Made by a program: the position numbers and the translations under genes. DNA of 64,000 bases. It comes from Acidimicrobiia bacterium (GTDB taxonomy: Bacteria; Acidobacteriota; Vicinamibacteria; Vicinamibacterales; SCN-69-37). The stretch spans positions 21,970-85,969 of the forward strand of contig BTVE01000005.1 in NCBI GenBank assembly GCA_045862915.1, read 5' to 3'. Positions 18,009 to 26,970 of the stretch are shown here, in pieces; positions within the stretch are counted from its first letter, which is position 1, and each line of letters starts with the position of its first letter. The notes below the pieces were generated by a model that ran no database searches, had not been told where the DNA came from, and saw only the letters and a program-made list of their open reading frames with translations.

Positions 18009-18887
18009 GTGGATATTCGCGGCATCTTTCCACCCGTTCCCACTCCATTCGACGCTGACGGCGAGATCGATCGAGAGGCGCTGCGCACGCAACTGCGCAG
18101 GTTGAGTCGATCACCGCTGGCCGGCGCGCTTGTCCTCGGCTCCAACGGTGAGGCCGGCCTGCTCGATGAATCCGAAGCCGACCTCATCGTCGACACCGCG
18201 CGCGCGGAGGTCCCCGGGGACCGCGTGTTGCTGGTCGGAACCGGGCGGGAGTCGACTCGAGGCACCATCGCGGCGTGTCGACGCGCAGCCGAGCTGGGAG
18301 CAGACGCCGTCCTGGTCCGGGCACCGTCGTTTTTCAAGGGGCAGATGACACCGGAGGTCCTGGAGACGCACTACCGCGCGGTGGCAGACGCGTCGCCCGC
18401 GCCGGTCCTGCTGTACAACGTGCCCGGGATGGCCGGCTTCAGCTTCACGCTGCCGTTTGTGCGTGCTCTGGCCGAACATCCCAACGTCATCGGGATGAAG
18501 GAGACGAGCAACGATCTGGAACGTCATGCCCAGTTTGCGATGGCATCGCCCGGCCGCTTCGCGGTGTTGTCGGGGTGGGCGCCCGTCGCCTACCCGGCAT
18601 GGGTGATGGGGGCATCCGGCGCGATCATTGCAGTAGCGAACATCCTGCCGGATGTATGCGTGACACTCTGGAATCACTTCGTGGCCGGGCGGCACGACGA
18701 GGCCCGCGAGCTCCAGCAGCGCCTGTTGCGGATCGCCCAGCTCGTGTCCAGCGTGCACAGTGTGGCGGGACTCAAGTGCGCGCTCGATCTGCTTGGGTAT
18801 CCCGGTGGTCCCGTGCGTCCACCCCTCCGGCCGGTGTCGACTTCGGCGGCCGACGAGATTCGCACCGCGTTGCAGGAGTGGCGATGA
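18009..18887 (+). CDS. DapA-family aldolase, resembling 4-hydroxy-2-oxoglutarate aldolase
   Basis: GIFPPVPTPF, GSNGE, LYNVP, GMKET Schiff-base Lys. Confidence 0.8.
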   Translation: MDIRGIFPPVPTPFDADGEIDREALRTQLRRLSRSPLAGALVLGSNGEAGLLDESEADLIVDTARAEVPGDRVLLVGTGRESTRGTIAACRRAAELGADAVLVRAPSFFKGQMTPEVLETHYRAVADASPAPVLLYNVPGMAGFSFTLPFVRALAEHPNVIGMKETSNDLERHAQFAMASPGRFAVLSGWAPVAYPAWVMGASGAIIAVANILPDVCVTLWNHFVAGRHDEARELQQRLLRIAQLVSSVHSVAGLKCALDLLGYPGGPVRPPLRPVSTSAADEIRTALQEWR

Positions 18888-19990
18888 GATCCCGCATTCC
18901 GGCATCCGATCGGCTGCTGCTCGGCCCAGGTCCCTCCCCCGTGTCCATGGCCGTGCGCGAGGCGCTGGCCGCGCCGCCGCGTTCTCATCTCGATCCCGAT
19001 CTCGTGGCGTTGCTGGATGACGTCCGCATGGACCTGCAGGACGTGCTGCAGGCCCCCGACGAGGCCTTTGCGACGGCCATTTCGGGGACGGGCACCACGG
19101 CCATGGATGCGGCTGCGGCGAATCTGGTTGAGCCTGGCATGTCCGTGCTGGTCGTCGTCGGTGGTTACTTCGGTGATCGCCTTGCGCAGATCTTCCAGCG
19201 CTACGGCGCGCACGTGGAACGGCTCGACGTCGAGTGGGGCCGCGCGGTTGATCCCGCCGCCGTTGAGCGTGCCCTGGTCGACGGACGTTTTGATGTTGTG
19301 GCCGTCGTGCACGGCGAGACGTCCACGGGTGTAGCCAATCCAATTGCGGACATTGCGCCGCTGGTCCGCGCGCGCGAGGCGCTGCTGGTCGTCGATGCAG
19401 TCACGACACTCGGCGCGATGCCCGTGGACATGCGCGAGTGGGACGCCGACGTGGTGTATTCGTGCGGCCAGAAGGGCCTCGGAGCGCCGCCGGGACTGTC
19501 CCCCTTCGTGATATCCGCCCGCGCGCGTGCTCACGCGCCGGCCGTGCGTAGCTTCGCCCTCGACGCGGCCAAGCTCGAAGACTTCTGGGTGCGGCGACAG
19601 TACCACCACACCATCTCGTCACCGCTCGTTTATGCGTTGCGGGTGGCGTTGCAGGAAGTGCTTGCAGAAGGCCTTGATACGCGCTTTCAGCGGCATCAGC
19701 GCGTGCATGACCTGTTTGTCGAAGGCGCGGCCGCCATCGGATTGCAGTTGCTGCCACCCTCTCGCGAACGCCTGATCAGCCTGAACGCGGTGTGTGTGCC
19801 CGACGGCGTGGACGAAAAGGCCGTGCGCCTGCGTCTGCTGCAGGAGCACAACATCGAAATCGGCGCAGGGCTCGGGCCGCTCGCCGGACGCATCTGGCGA
19901 ATCGGACTGATGGGGACCGGAGCGACCGAGGACAACGTCCGGCGCGTGCTGTCGGCGCTGGAGGATGCTCTCGCACACACACGGAGGTGA
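18884..19990 (+). CDS. Alanine-glyoxylate/serine-pyruvate aminotransferase (class V PLP)
   Basis: LLGPGPS, VHGETSTGV, DAVTTLG, SCGQKGL, YHHT, WRIGLMG. Confidence 0.9.
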   Translation: MRSRIPASDRLLLGPGPSPVSMAVREALAAPPRSHLDPDLVALLDDVRMDLQDVLQAPDEAFATAISGTGTTAMDAAAANLVEPGMSVLVVVGGYFGDRLAQIFQRYGAHVERLDVEWGRAVDPAAVERALVDGRFDVVAVVHGETSTGVANPIADIAPLVRAREALLVVDAVTTLGAMPVDMREWDADVVYSCGQKGLGAPPGLSPFVISARARAHAPAVRSFALDAAKLEDFWVRRQYHHTISSPLVYALRVALQEVLAEGLDTRFQRHQRVHDLFVEGAAAIGLQLLPPSRERLISLNAVCVPDGVDEKAVRLRLLQEHNIEIGAGLGPLAGRIWRIGLMGTGATEDNVRRVLSALEDALAHTRR

Positions 19991-19994
19991 TGTG

Positions 19995-21443
19995 ATGACC
20001 GCGCGTGTCTGGCTGGCCGCTGCTGTTTCGTCGATTGCGCTGATCACGGCGTGTGTCACCAATCCCGCGACCGGCGGACGGACGTTCAACATCCTGTCCG
20101 AGGACCGTGAGATTGCGCTCGGCAAACAGTCAGACGCGCAGATCCGGCAGGAGATGGGCGTCTACGACGATCCCGAGTGGCAGGCGTACGTCTCTCGAGT
20201 GGGCCAGGCGATGGCGAAGCAGTCGCACAGGCCGTCGTTACCGTGGACGTTCACCGTCCTCGATGCCTCCGCCATCAATGCCTTCGCTCTTCCCGGCGGC
20301 TACCTGTATGTCACGCGCGGGATTCTGCCCTTCCTGCGCAACGAAGCGGAGCTCGCCAACGTGCTCGGCCATGAAATTGCGCATGTGACGGCGCTCCACG
20401 GCGCGAATGCGTATTCCGAGCAGGTGGTCCTGGGCACCTCGTTTGGCATCGCGAGCCTGTTTGCCGGTCCTCGCGAGCGCGCCGTGCTCGAAGCCGCCAA
20501 CCTCGCGACCGGCCTCCTCTTTCTCAAACACGGTCGCGACGCGGAACTGGAAGCCGACAGCTTTGGTGTGCAGTACGCGGCGCAGGGTGGGTGGAATCCG
20601 TCAGGGATGGCCGGCATGCTCAGCACTCTCGGCCGGTTGTCGGACGCCGATGGTCAGAGCCGAGGCGTTCCGAACTTCCTGTCGACACATCCCCTGCCGG
20701 CCGATCGCATCGAGCACGTGCGCGACGTGGCCGAGAAGGCGCGCACCGCGTCATCCACGCGCGTCAACGAAGACGAGTTCGCGCGCCGGCTTGATGGTCT
20801 GGTGTTTGGCGACAGCCGGGAGCAAGGCATCGTACGCGGACGGGACTTCCTGCACCCGATCATGCGCATCGCGCTGACGTTTCCGCAGGGTTGGACAATT
20901 TCCAACGGGTCCACGGCCGTCAACGCCGTGCCGCCGCAGGGACAGGGCATCGGGATGGTGCTCGATGTGATCGACGCGCAGGGGCGCACCCCTGCCCAGG
21001 CCGGCCGGGCCGCGATGGAAGACGCCGGCTTCTCGCTGCAGTCGGGAGACGCCATCTCCATCAACGGTCTCAATGGCTGGGCCGGTGTGTTTGCCGGCGA
21101 CGACGGGCAGAACACATATGGGGTGCGCGCAGCATTCCTGGCTCATGCCGGTCGCGTGTATCGGATTGCCGGCATCGCACCTGCGGCATCGTATGCATCG
21201 GCCGAATCCACGTTCGCCGCCGTGATTCGTTCGTTCCGCGGAATGTCACAGGCCGAGGCGGATGCCATCCAGCCGGCACGGATCGACTTTCATACGGCGC
21301 GGCAAGGCGACACATGGGAGTCGCTGGCGAAGTCGCTGGGCCGAGGCGCCGTCAGCGCCAATGCGTTGGCGATCATGAACGGGTCGTCGCCATCAACGCC
21401 ACCGGCCGTCGGCACGCGCCTGCGGGTCGTCATCGGAGACTGA
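19995..21443 (+). CDS. M48-family metalloprotease lipoprotein with C-terminal LysM-like domain
   Basis: ITAC lipobox, NAFALPGG, HEIAH, ELEAD, STHP, RQGDTWESLA. Confidence 0.85.
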   Translation: MTARVWLAAAVSSIALITACVTNPATGGRTFNILSEDREIALGKQSDAQIRQEMGVYDDPEWQAYVSRVGQAMAKQSHRPSLPWTFTVLDASAINAFALPGGYLYVTRGILPFLRNEAELANVLGHEIAHVTALHGANAYSEQVVLGTSFGIASLFAGPRERAVLEAANLATGLLFLKHGRDAELEADSFGVQYAAQGGWNPSGMAGMLSTLGRLSDADGQSRGVPNFLSTHPLPADRIEHVRDVAEKARTASSTRVNEDEFARRLDGLVFGDSREQGIVRGRDFLHPIMRIALTFPQGWTISNGSTAVNAVPPQGQGIGMVLDVIDAQGRTPAQAGRAAMEDAGFSLQSGDAISINGLNGWAGVFAGDDGQNTYGVRAAFLAHAGRVYRIAGIAPAASYASAESTFAAVIRSFRGMSQAEADAIQPARIDFHTARQGDTWESLAKSLGRGAVSANALAIMNGSSPSTPPAVGTRLRVVIGD

Positions 21444-22151
21444 GTGCGACGCGCCTGGCGGTGGCTCGCGGGATCAGCCGCGGTCGTGTTCGCGATGTTC
21501 GTCCACACGTGGGCGACGCTGCCGGATGTGCGTCCGCTGCGCACACAGGCGCCGCCCACGACCGCCTTTCGTGAATTGCGCGCCGAACAGGCGGAGGACG
21601 AAGAACGGAAGCTGCGCATGCAGCACCGCTGGGTGAACTACGACCGCATCTCCGCGCATCTCAAGCGTGCGGTGATCGTCGCGGAAGACGCCGCGTTCTG
21701 GTCACACGAGGGGTTCGATTTCGACGAAATTCGCGCGTCCATGGAAGTGAACTGGGAGCGCGGCGAATTTGCGCGCGGCGCATCAACCATCACACAGCAG
21801 CTCGCGAAGAACCTCTACCTGTCGCCGTCGCGGAATCCCTGGCGCAAGGTGCGTGAGGTCTTCATCACGCGACGTCTGGAAGCCGAGCTGAGCAAGCGGC
21901 GTATCTTCGAGCTGTATCTGAACCTGATCGAATGGGGCGACGGGATTTGGGGAGCGGAAGCGGCCGCGCGCGCGCACTTCGGAGTTTCCGCGTCGCAGTT
22001 ATCCCCGGAACAGGCCGCACTGCTGGCAGGCGCGATCATCAATCCGCGGATCTACAGTCCGTCACGCCCGAATCGCCGCCTGCTGAACCGTCAGCAGATC
22101 ATTCTGCGGCGTATGGGTGCCGTGACACCGCCCGCCGACGGCGGACGATGA
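21444..22151 (+). CDS. mtgA: Monofunctional peptidoglycan transglycosylase
   Basis: AEDAAFWSHEGFD, RGASTITQQLAKNLYL, RKVRE, YLNLIEWG. Confidence 0.9.
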   Translation: MRRAWRWLAGSAAVVFAMFVHTWATLPDVRPLRTQAPPTTAFRELRAEQAEDEERKLRMQHRWVNYDRISAHLKRAVIVAEDAAFWSHEGFDFDEIRASMEVNWERGEFARGASTITQQLAKNLYLSPSRNPWRKVREVFITRRLEAELSKRRIFELYLNLIEWGDGIWGAEAAARAHFGVSASQLSPEQAALLAGAIINPRIYSPSRPNRRLLNRQQIILRRMGAVTPPADGGR

Positions 22152-22706
22152 TCAATCGCCGAGCACACGCCTCGCACCGACGAACCGCGAACTCCAGTAC
22201 GACGAGGAGAGGGGCTCCACACGAACGACGCCGTTGGTCGCAGGCGCGTGGACAAACTCATCCGGGCCGATGACCAGCCCCACGTGTGACGCGCCAGGCG
22301 CAATTGTGGTGAAAAAAACCAGATCACCCGCGCGCAGATCGCGCTTGCGCACCGATCTGCCGACGCGGAACTGCTCGGCGGCCGTGCGGGGCACGTCGAC
22401 GGCGAACTGCGCAAACACGTAACGGACAAATCCGCTGCAATCAAATCCACGCTGCGGTGTGTCGCCGCCATACACGTACGGCACACCCTGCTGGGCCAGT
22501 GCGGTCGCAATCACATTGCGGGCCGCGGTGGTCACCGGGCCGACCGGATGAGACGGCACGGGGGCAGGGGCCCAGGCCGGCGAGTTGGGGAATGGTGACG
22601 GGCGCGGACCCGTGGCGACATCACTTCTCGCGGCGCACGCCGCCATCGTGATGGCACACGTGCCCGCCGTGATGAGGCGGCTGACACGATACAGGCGGCG
22701 CGACAT
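22152..22706 (-). CDS. NlpC/P60 (C40) peptidase, probable lipoprotein
   Basis: PYVYGG, GFDCSG, PRTAAEQ, GDLVFF, HVG, FVHAP. Confidence 0.9.
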   Translation of the reverse strand: MSRRLYRVSRLITAGTCAITMAACAARSDVATGPRPSPFPNSPAWAPAPVPSHPVGPVTTAARNVIATALAQQGVPYVYGGDTPQRGFDCSGFVRYVFAQFAVDVPRTAAEQFRVGRSVRKRDLRAGDLVFFTTIAPGASHVGLVIGPDEFVHAPATNGVVRVEPLSSSYWSSRFVGARRVLGD

Positions 22707-22804
22707 CCGCCTGTCTATCGGCACCGGCGCCGCTCCCCTCCAGTACCTCCTGGCGGCCATCGCCCTAAATGATTGTGTACAAGGATGTTACACGTAGGCG
22801 TCTC

Positions 22805-22833
22805 TTGACAGCCCGGTCGCGAACACCGACAAT
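22805..22833 (+). promoter_or_regulatory. Sigma-70-type promoter of the HNH gene
   Basis: TTGACA-17 nt-GACAAT. Confidence 0.6.
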
Positions 22834-22848
22834 GACGCCGTTACCGTC

Positions 22849-23382
22849 ATGGAACAGACTCTGCTGCTCAACGCGACGTACGAGCCGCTGAAGGTCGTGC
22901 ATTGGCAGAAGGCGATCACGCTCTGGTGCCAGGGCAAGGTCGAGATCGTCTCCGAGTACGACCGGGAGATTCGGGCCGTCACGTTCTCCATGAAGCTGCC
23001 GTCGGTCATCCGGCTGCTGCGGCGCATTCGTGTGCGCCGCCGCCTCGACTACGTGCCGTTCTCCCGGGCCAATATCTACGCGCGAGACGATCACCGCTGC
23101 CAGTACTGCGGGGACATCTTTGCCTCCGCCGAGCTGACGTTTGATCACGTCGTGCCCGTGGCGCAGGGCGGCCGCAAGGATTGGGAGAACATCGTCACCT
23201 GCTGCATCACGTGTAATCGTCGCAAGGGTGGCCGCACGCCCGCGCAGGCCCACATGCACCTGCTGCGTCCGCCAAAGCGGCCCGAAAAAGCCCCGGCCTT
23301 ACGGATTACCTTCGGGCTCCGCAATGCACCGGAGAGCTGGCGCGATTACATGTACTGGAATGTCGAGCTCGACGACGCGTAA
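22849..23382 (+). CDS. HNH endonuclease
   Basis: LLLNATYEPL, RDDHRCQYCG, TFDHVVP, CCITCNRRKG. Confidence 0.9.
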   Translation: MEQTLLLNATYEPLKVVHWQKAITLWCQGKVEIVSEYDREIRAVTFSMKLPSVIRLLRRIRVRRRLDYVPFSRANIYARDDHRCQYCGDIFASAELTFDHVVPVAQGGRKDWENIVTCCITCNRRKGGRTPAQAHMHLLRPPKRPEKAPALRITFGLRNAPESWRDYMYWNVELDDA

Positions 23383-23387
23383 TCTAC

Positions 23388-24392
23388 GTGTCTGTGTTGT
23401 CCGCCTCGTATCCCCGTGGCGCCGTGCCAGGCGCGCGTCTTGAACTGACCGGTTCCCGATTGCCGCAGCCGCCCGATGGTCCGCCCCGGGTGTGGTTCGG
23501 CGCACTCGAAGCCCGTGTCGCTGCCTCCTCCTCGCGATCGCTCACCGTCATCGTGCCGCCCGAGTGTGCGGGTGGCCCCACGGCCGTGCGCGTTGATGGT
23601 GTGGAAGGCGAGACACTGATGGTCGACGTGGCCCGTCCACTGGGGATGGACCTCCATCTGGTCGACAATCCCCTGTGCCTGCCCGACGGGACGATCTGGG
23701 GCACACACAGCGGCACTCGCGAGAACAAGTCCTCGACGCCGTTGTCACGTTTTTCACCAGAAGGGGCGCGTGAGGACCTCGCGGTGGAGATCGCCAATCC
23801 CACATCGCTCGCGCTGGGCCCTGACGATGCCGTGTATGTGTCGAGCCGCTTTGAGGGCGCGGTCTATCGTGTGACCGACCGCGGCGCGGTCGACACCTAT
23901 GCGACCGACCTTGGAATTGCCACCGGTCTGGCCTTTGGGCAGGACGGCGCGCTGTTTGTCGGCGATCGCTCCGGAACGGTGCTCCGCATTTCACCGGCGG
24001 TGGATGAGTCTGGCCGCCGCAGTGTCGAGACGTTCGCCTCGTTGCCACCGAGCGTGGCGGCCTTTCACCTGGCCATGGCCCCTGACGGCTGGCTGTACGT
24101 GTCGGCGCCGACGCTGGCGTCGCGTGACGTGATTTATCGAATCAGCCCGGAGCGCGAAGTTCAGACGTGGTGCGCCTCGTTTGGCCGGCCGCAGGGCATG
24201 GCGTTCGATCGCCACGGCACGTTGTTCGTGGTCGAAGGGCTGGCCGGCTCTTCAGGGCTGTACCGCGTGGACCCCGCAGCCGCGCATCCGGAGCCTGAGC
24301 TCATTGTTTCGGCGCCGCAGCTGGTCGGCGTGGCCGTGCATCCAACCGGCGAACTCGTGCTCGCGTCGTCAGACGCGCTCTGGCGACTCTGA
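23388..24392 (+). CDS. IPT/TIG-like plus NHL/gluconolactonase-type beta-propeller protein
   Basis: Repeated PTSLALGPD / ATGLAFGQDG / PQGMAFDRHG blades. Confidence 0.7.
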   Translation: MSVLSASYPRGAVPGARLELTGSRLPQPPDGPPRVWFGALEARVAASSSRSLTVIVPPECAGGPTAVRVDGVEGETLMVDVARPLGMDLHLVDNPLCLPDGTIWGTHSGTRENKSSTPLSRFSPEGAREDLAVEIANPTSLALGPDDAVYVSSRFEGAVYRVTDRGAVDTYATDLGIATGLAFGQDGALFVGDRSGTVLRISPAVDESGRRSVETFASLPPSVAAFHLAMAPDGWLYVSAPTLASRDVIYRISPEREVQTWCASFGRPQGMAFDRHGTLFVVEGLAGSSGLYRVDPAAAHPEPELIVSAPQLVGVAVHPTGELVLASSDALWRL

Positions 24393-25835
24393 CGCGGCGT
24401 CGAGTTTCACGATCGAGAATCCGGTGAAGCCGTAGATCGCCGAGATGATCGGATTCAGCAGATTCAGGAACGCATAGGGCGCGTACGCGAGTGTGGCGAC
24501 GCCGAGCGTCTGCGCCATGAACGCGCCACACGTATTCCAGGGCACGAGTGCCGACGTCATCGTGCCGGCATCCTCCAGGCAACGGGACAGGTTCTGCGGC
24601 GCGAGTCCACGTCGCGCAAACTCCGCACGGAACATCCGGCCAGGAATCACGATCGCAATGTACTGATCCGACGCAAGTACGTTCATGCCGATGCTTGTCG
24701 CCAGCGTCGAAGCCACCAGGCTGCCCGTCCCTTTGACCGCACCGAGGATCGTCTCGGCGATCCGCGCCAGCATGCCGGTCTTTTCCATCACGGCGCCGAA
24801 GGTCATCGCCGAAAGAATCAGCCACACCGTGTTGAGCATGGATCCCATGCCGCCGCGCGAGAGCAGGTCGTCAAGGGCCTCGTTGCCGGAGCTGAGCGAG
24901 AAGCCTGATGCGAGCGCCTGCCAGCATCCCTTGATGAGTGCCGCCCATGCCGGCATGTCGCCGGCATCGGCCAGGCGGGTTACGGCGGCGGGTTGGAAGA
25001 TCACGGCGAACAGGCAGCCGGTCAGTGCGCCAATGATCAGGGCCGGCGTCGCCGGGGTCTTGCGGATGACCATCACGATGACAAGCACCGCCGGCAGCAG
25101 GAGGTGCGGTCCGATCGCGAAGTTCTGCTGAATGGCGTCGAGAATTGACTGGACCGCGGCCGTATCCTGGGGAGCGGCGTTGGTCATGCCGAGCACGGTG
25201 AACAGGATCAGCGCAATGATCAGGCTCGGCACGGTTGTCCACAACATGTGGCGGATGTGGGTGAACAGGTCGGTGCCGGCCATCGCCGGTGCAAGGTTGG
25301 TGGTGTCCGACAGGGGCGACAGCTTGTCGCCGAAGTAGGCGCCCGACACGATCGCGCCGGCGGCCAGGCCGAGGTTCAGATTCTGTGCTGCCGCAATGCC
25401 GATGAGCGCCACGCCGACGGTGCCGGCCGTCGTCCAGGAGCTGCCGGTCGAGACCGAGACGAGGCAACAGATCACGCAGGCGCTCGGGTAAAAGATAGAC
25501 GGCGTCAGCAGCTGAAGGCCGTAGTAGATCATCGTCGGCACGACGCCCGCGAGGATCCACGAGCCGATCAGGGCCCCGACGACGAGCAGGATGAGGATGG
25601 CGCCCATCGAGAGCGAGATGCCGTGGACGATGCCGGCCTCGAGGTCCTTCCAGGTGTGACCGAGGCTGACGCCGATGGCCGCTGCGATCACGGCGGCCAG
25701 CACCAGCGCGATTTGATTGGGACCTCCGGAGTTGCCGTCACCAAACAGCGCGACGGATCCGGCCAGCAACGCAACCAGCGCCGCGATGGGCACCAGCGAG
25801 AGGAGCAGCGAGGGCTTTGACGCCGACGTGGTCAT
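24369..25835 (-). CDS. nhaC: Na+/H+ antiporter NhaC family
   Basis: TGSSWTTAGTVG, SGAYFGDKLSPLSDTTNLA, LSRGG, LVPWNTCG; start ATG 25835. Confidence 0.9.
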   Translation of the reverse strand: MTTSASKPSLLLSLVPIAALVALLAGSVALFGDGNSGGPNQIALVLAAVIAAAIGVSLGHTWKDLEAGIVHGISLSMGAILILLVVGALIGSWILAGVVPTMIYYGLQLLTPSIFYPSACVICCLVSVSTGSSWTTAGTVGVALIGIAAAQNLNLGLAAGAIVSGAYFGDKLSPLSDTTNLAPAMAGTDLFTHIRHMLWTTVPSLIIALILFTVLGMTNAAPQDTAAVQSILDAIQQNFAIGPHLLLPAVLVIVMVIRKTPATPALIIGALTGCLFAVIFQPAAVTRLADAGDMPAWAALIKGCWQALASGFSLSSGNEALDDLLSRGGMGSMLNTVWLILSAMTFGAVMEKTGMLARIAETILGAVKGTGSLVASTLATSIGMNVLASDQYIAIVIPGRMFRAEFARRGLAPQNLSRCLEDAGTMTSALVPWNTCGAFMAQTLGVATLAYAPYAFLNLLNPIISAIYGFTGFSIVKLDAASESPERV

Positions 25836-25865
25836 GAGGCCGCGATGATAGCATTGCCCTCTTCC

Positions 25866-26969
25866 ATGGCCCCGCTGACCGGTGTGCGTGTTGTTGACCT
25901 TTCGCGTCTGCTGCCGGGCGCCTTTGCCACCCTGATGCTGGCGGAACTGGGGGCCGAGGTCATCAAGGTCGAAGATCCCCGTGGCGGTGATCCCATGCGC
26001 CTGTTGCCGCCGTTTGTGCGCGGCCGCAGCGTGTATGACCTGCTGCTGGGCAGGGGCAAGAAGAGTGTGGCCCTCGATCTGAAAGACGATTCCGATCGGC
26101 GGCGGCTGCATGCGTTGGTCGGCACCGCGGATGTCGTTGTCGAGAGTTTTCGTCCGGCAACCGCCGCGCGGCTGGGCGTCACCGGTACACACCTGCGCGC
26201 TGCGCACCCGCGGCTCATTCATGTGTCGATCACCGGGTACGGTCAGACCGGTCCCTATGCCGAACGTCCGGGCCACGACCTGAACTACGCGGCGGAGTCG
26301 GGTGTGCTGGCGACCGAGCGTCCATCACCCTCGGCACTCCCGAAGATGTTCATTGCGGATGTGGGCGGCGGCGCCATGAGTGCCGTCACGGCCGTCCTGG
26401 CCTCGCTCTACGCGCGAGAGCGCACTGGTGAAGGCGCGGATTTGGATATTTCGATGCATGAGAGCGCGTTGTACTGGGTGATGTTGCCAGGCGCGCGCGA
26501 TCTGGTTGACCACGGCGATGAAGCCGTCGAGGATCTGCCGACCTACGGCGGTCACGCCTGCTACAACGTGTATGACACGGCGGATGGCAGGCAGGTGGCG
26601 CTTGGCGCCCTGGAATTCAAGTTCTGGCAGACGTTCTGCGCGAGAGTTGGTCGTCCTGACCTGGCGGCGCGGCATCGATCGTCGCCGGTTGATCAACAGG
26701 CCCTGATCGCCGAGATCCGGGCCGTGATGCGCACACGCACCCGCGACGAGTGGCTGGCGCACTTTGAGGGCCACGACGTGTGCCTCTCATCGGTAAACAG
26801 CCCCGCGGAGGCGTTCGGGGATCCTCACGTGTTGGCCCGAGGCGCCGTCGTCAGCGGCGCCGGGACGCGCGCCGTCCGTACGCCATTTGGCCTGCCCACC
26901 GTGCCGCTCCACGCGGCCCCTCTGGTGGGCGCCGACACCGACGCCGTCTTGGCTACAATCAAAGGTTGA
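25866..26969 (+). CDS. CaiB/BaiF family III CoA-transferase
   Basis: [42 protein letters not shown]. Confidence 0.9.
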   Translation: MAPLTGVRVVDLSRLLPGAFATLMLAELGAEVIKVEDPRGGDPMRLLPPFVRGRSVYDLLLGRGKKSVALDLKDDSDRRRLHALVGTADVVVESFRPATAARLGVTGTHLRAAHPRLIHVSITGYGQTGPYAERPGHDLNYAAESGVLATERPSPSALPKMFIADVGGGAMSAVTAVLASLYARERTGEGADLDISMHESALYWVMLPGARDLVDHGDEAVEDLPTYGGHACYNVYDTADGRQVALGALEFKFWQTFCARVGRPDLAARHRSSPVDQQALIAEIRAVMRTRTRDEWLAHFEGHDVCLSSVNSPAEAFGDPHVLARGAVVSGAGTRAVRTPFGLPTVPLHAAPLVGADTDAVLATIKG

Positions 26970-26970
26970 G

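Noticed and set aside
22849-23382. HNH nuclease as a defence system or homing element
   Set aside because: Standalone widespread type with no methylase, intron or partner gene nearby.
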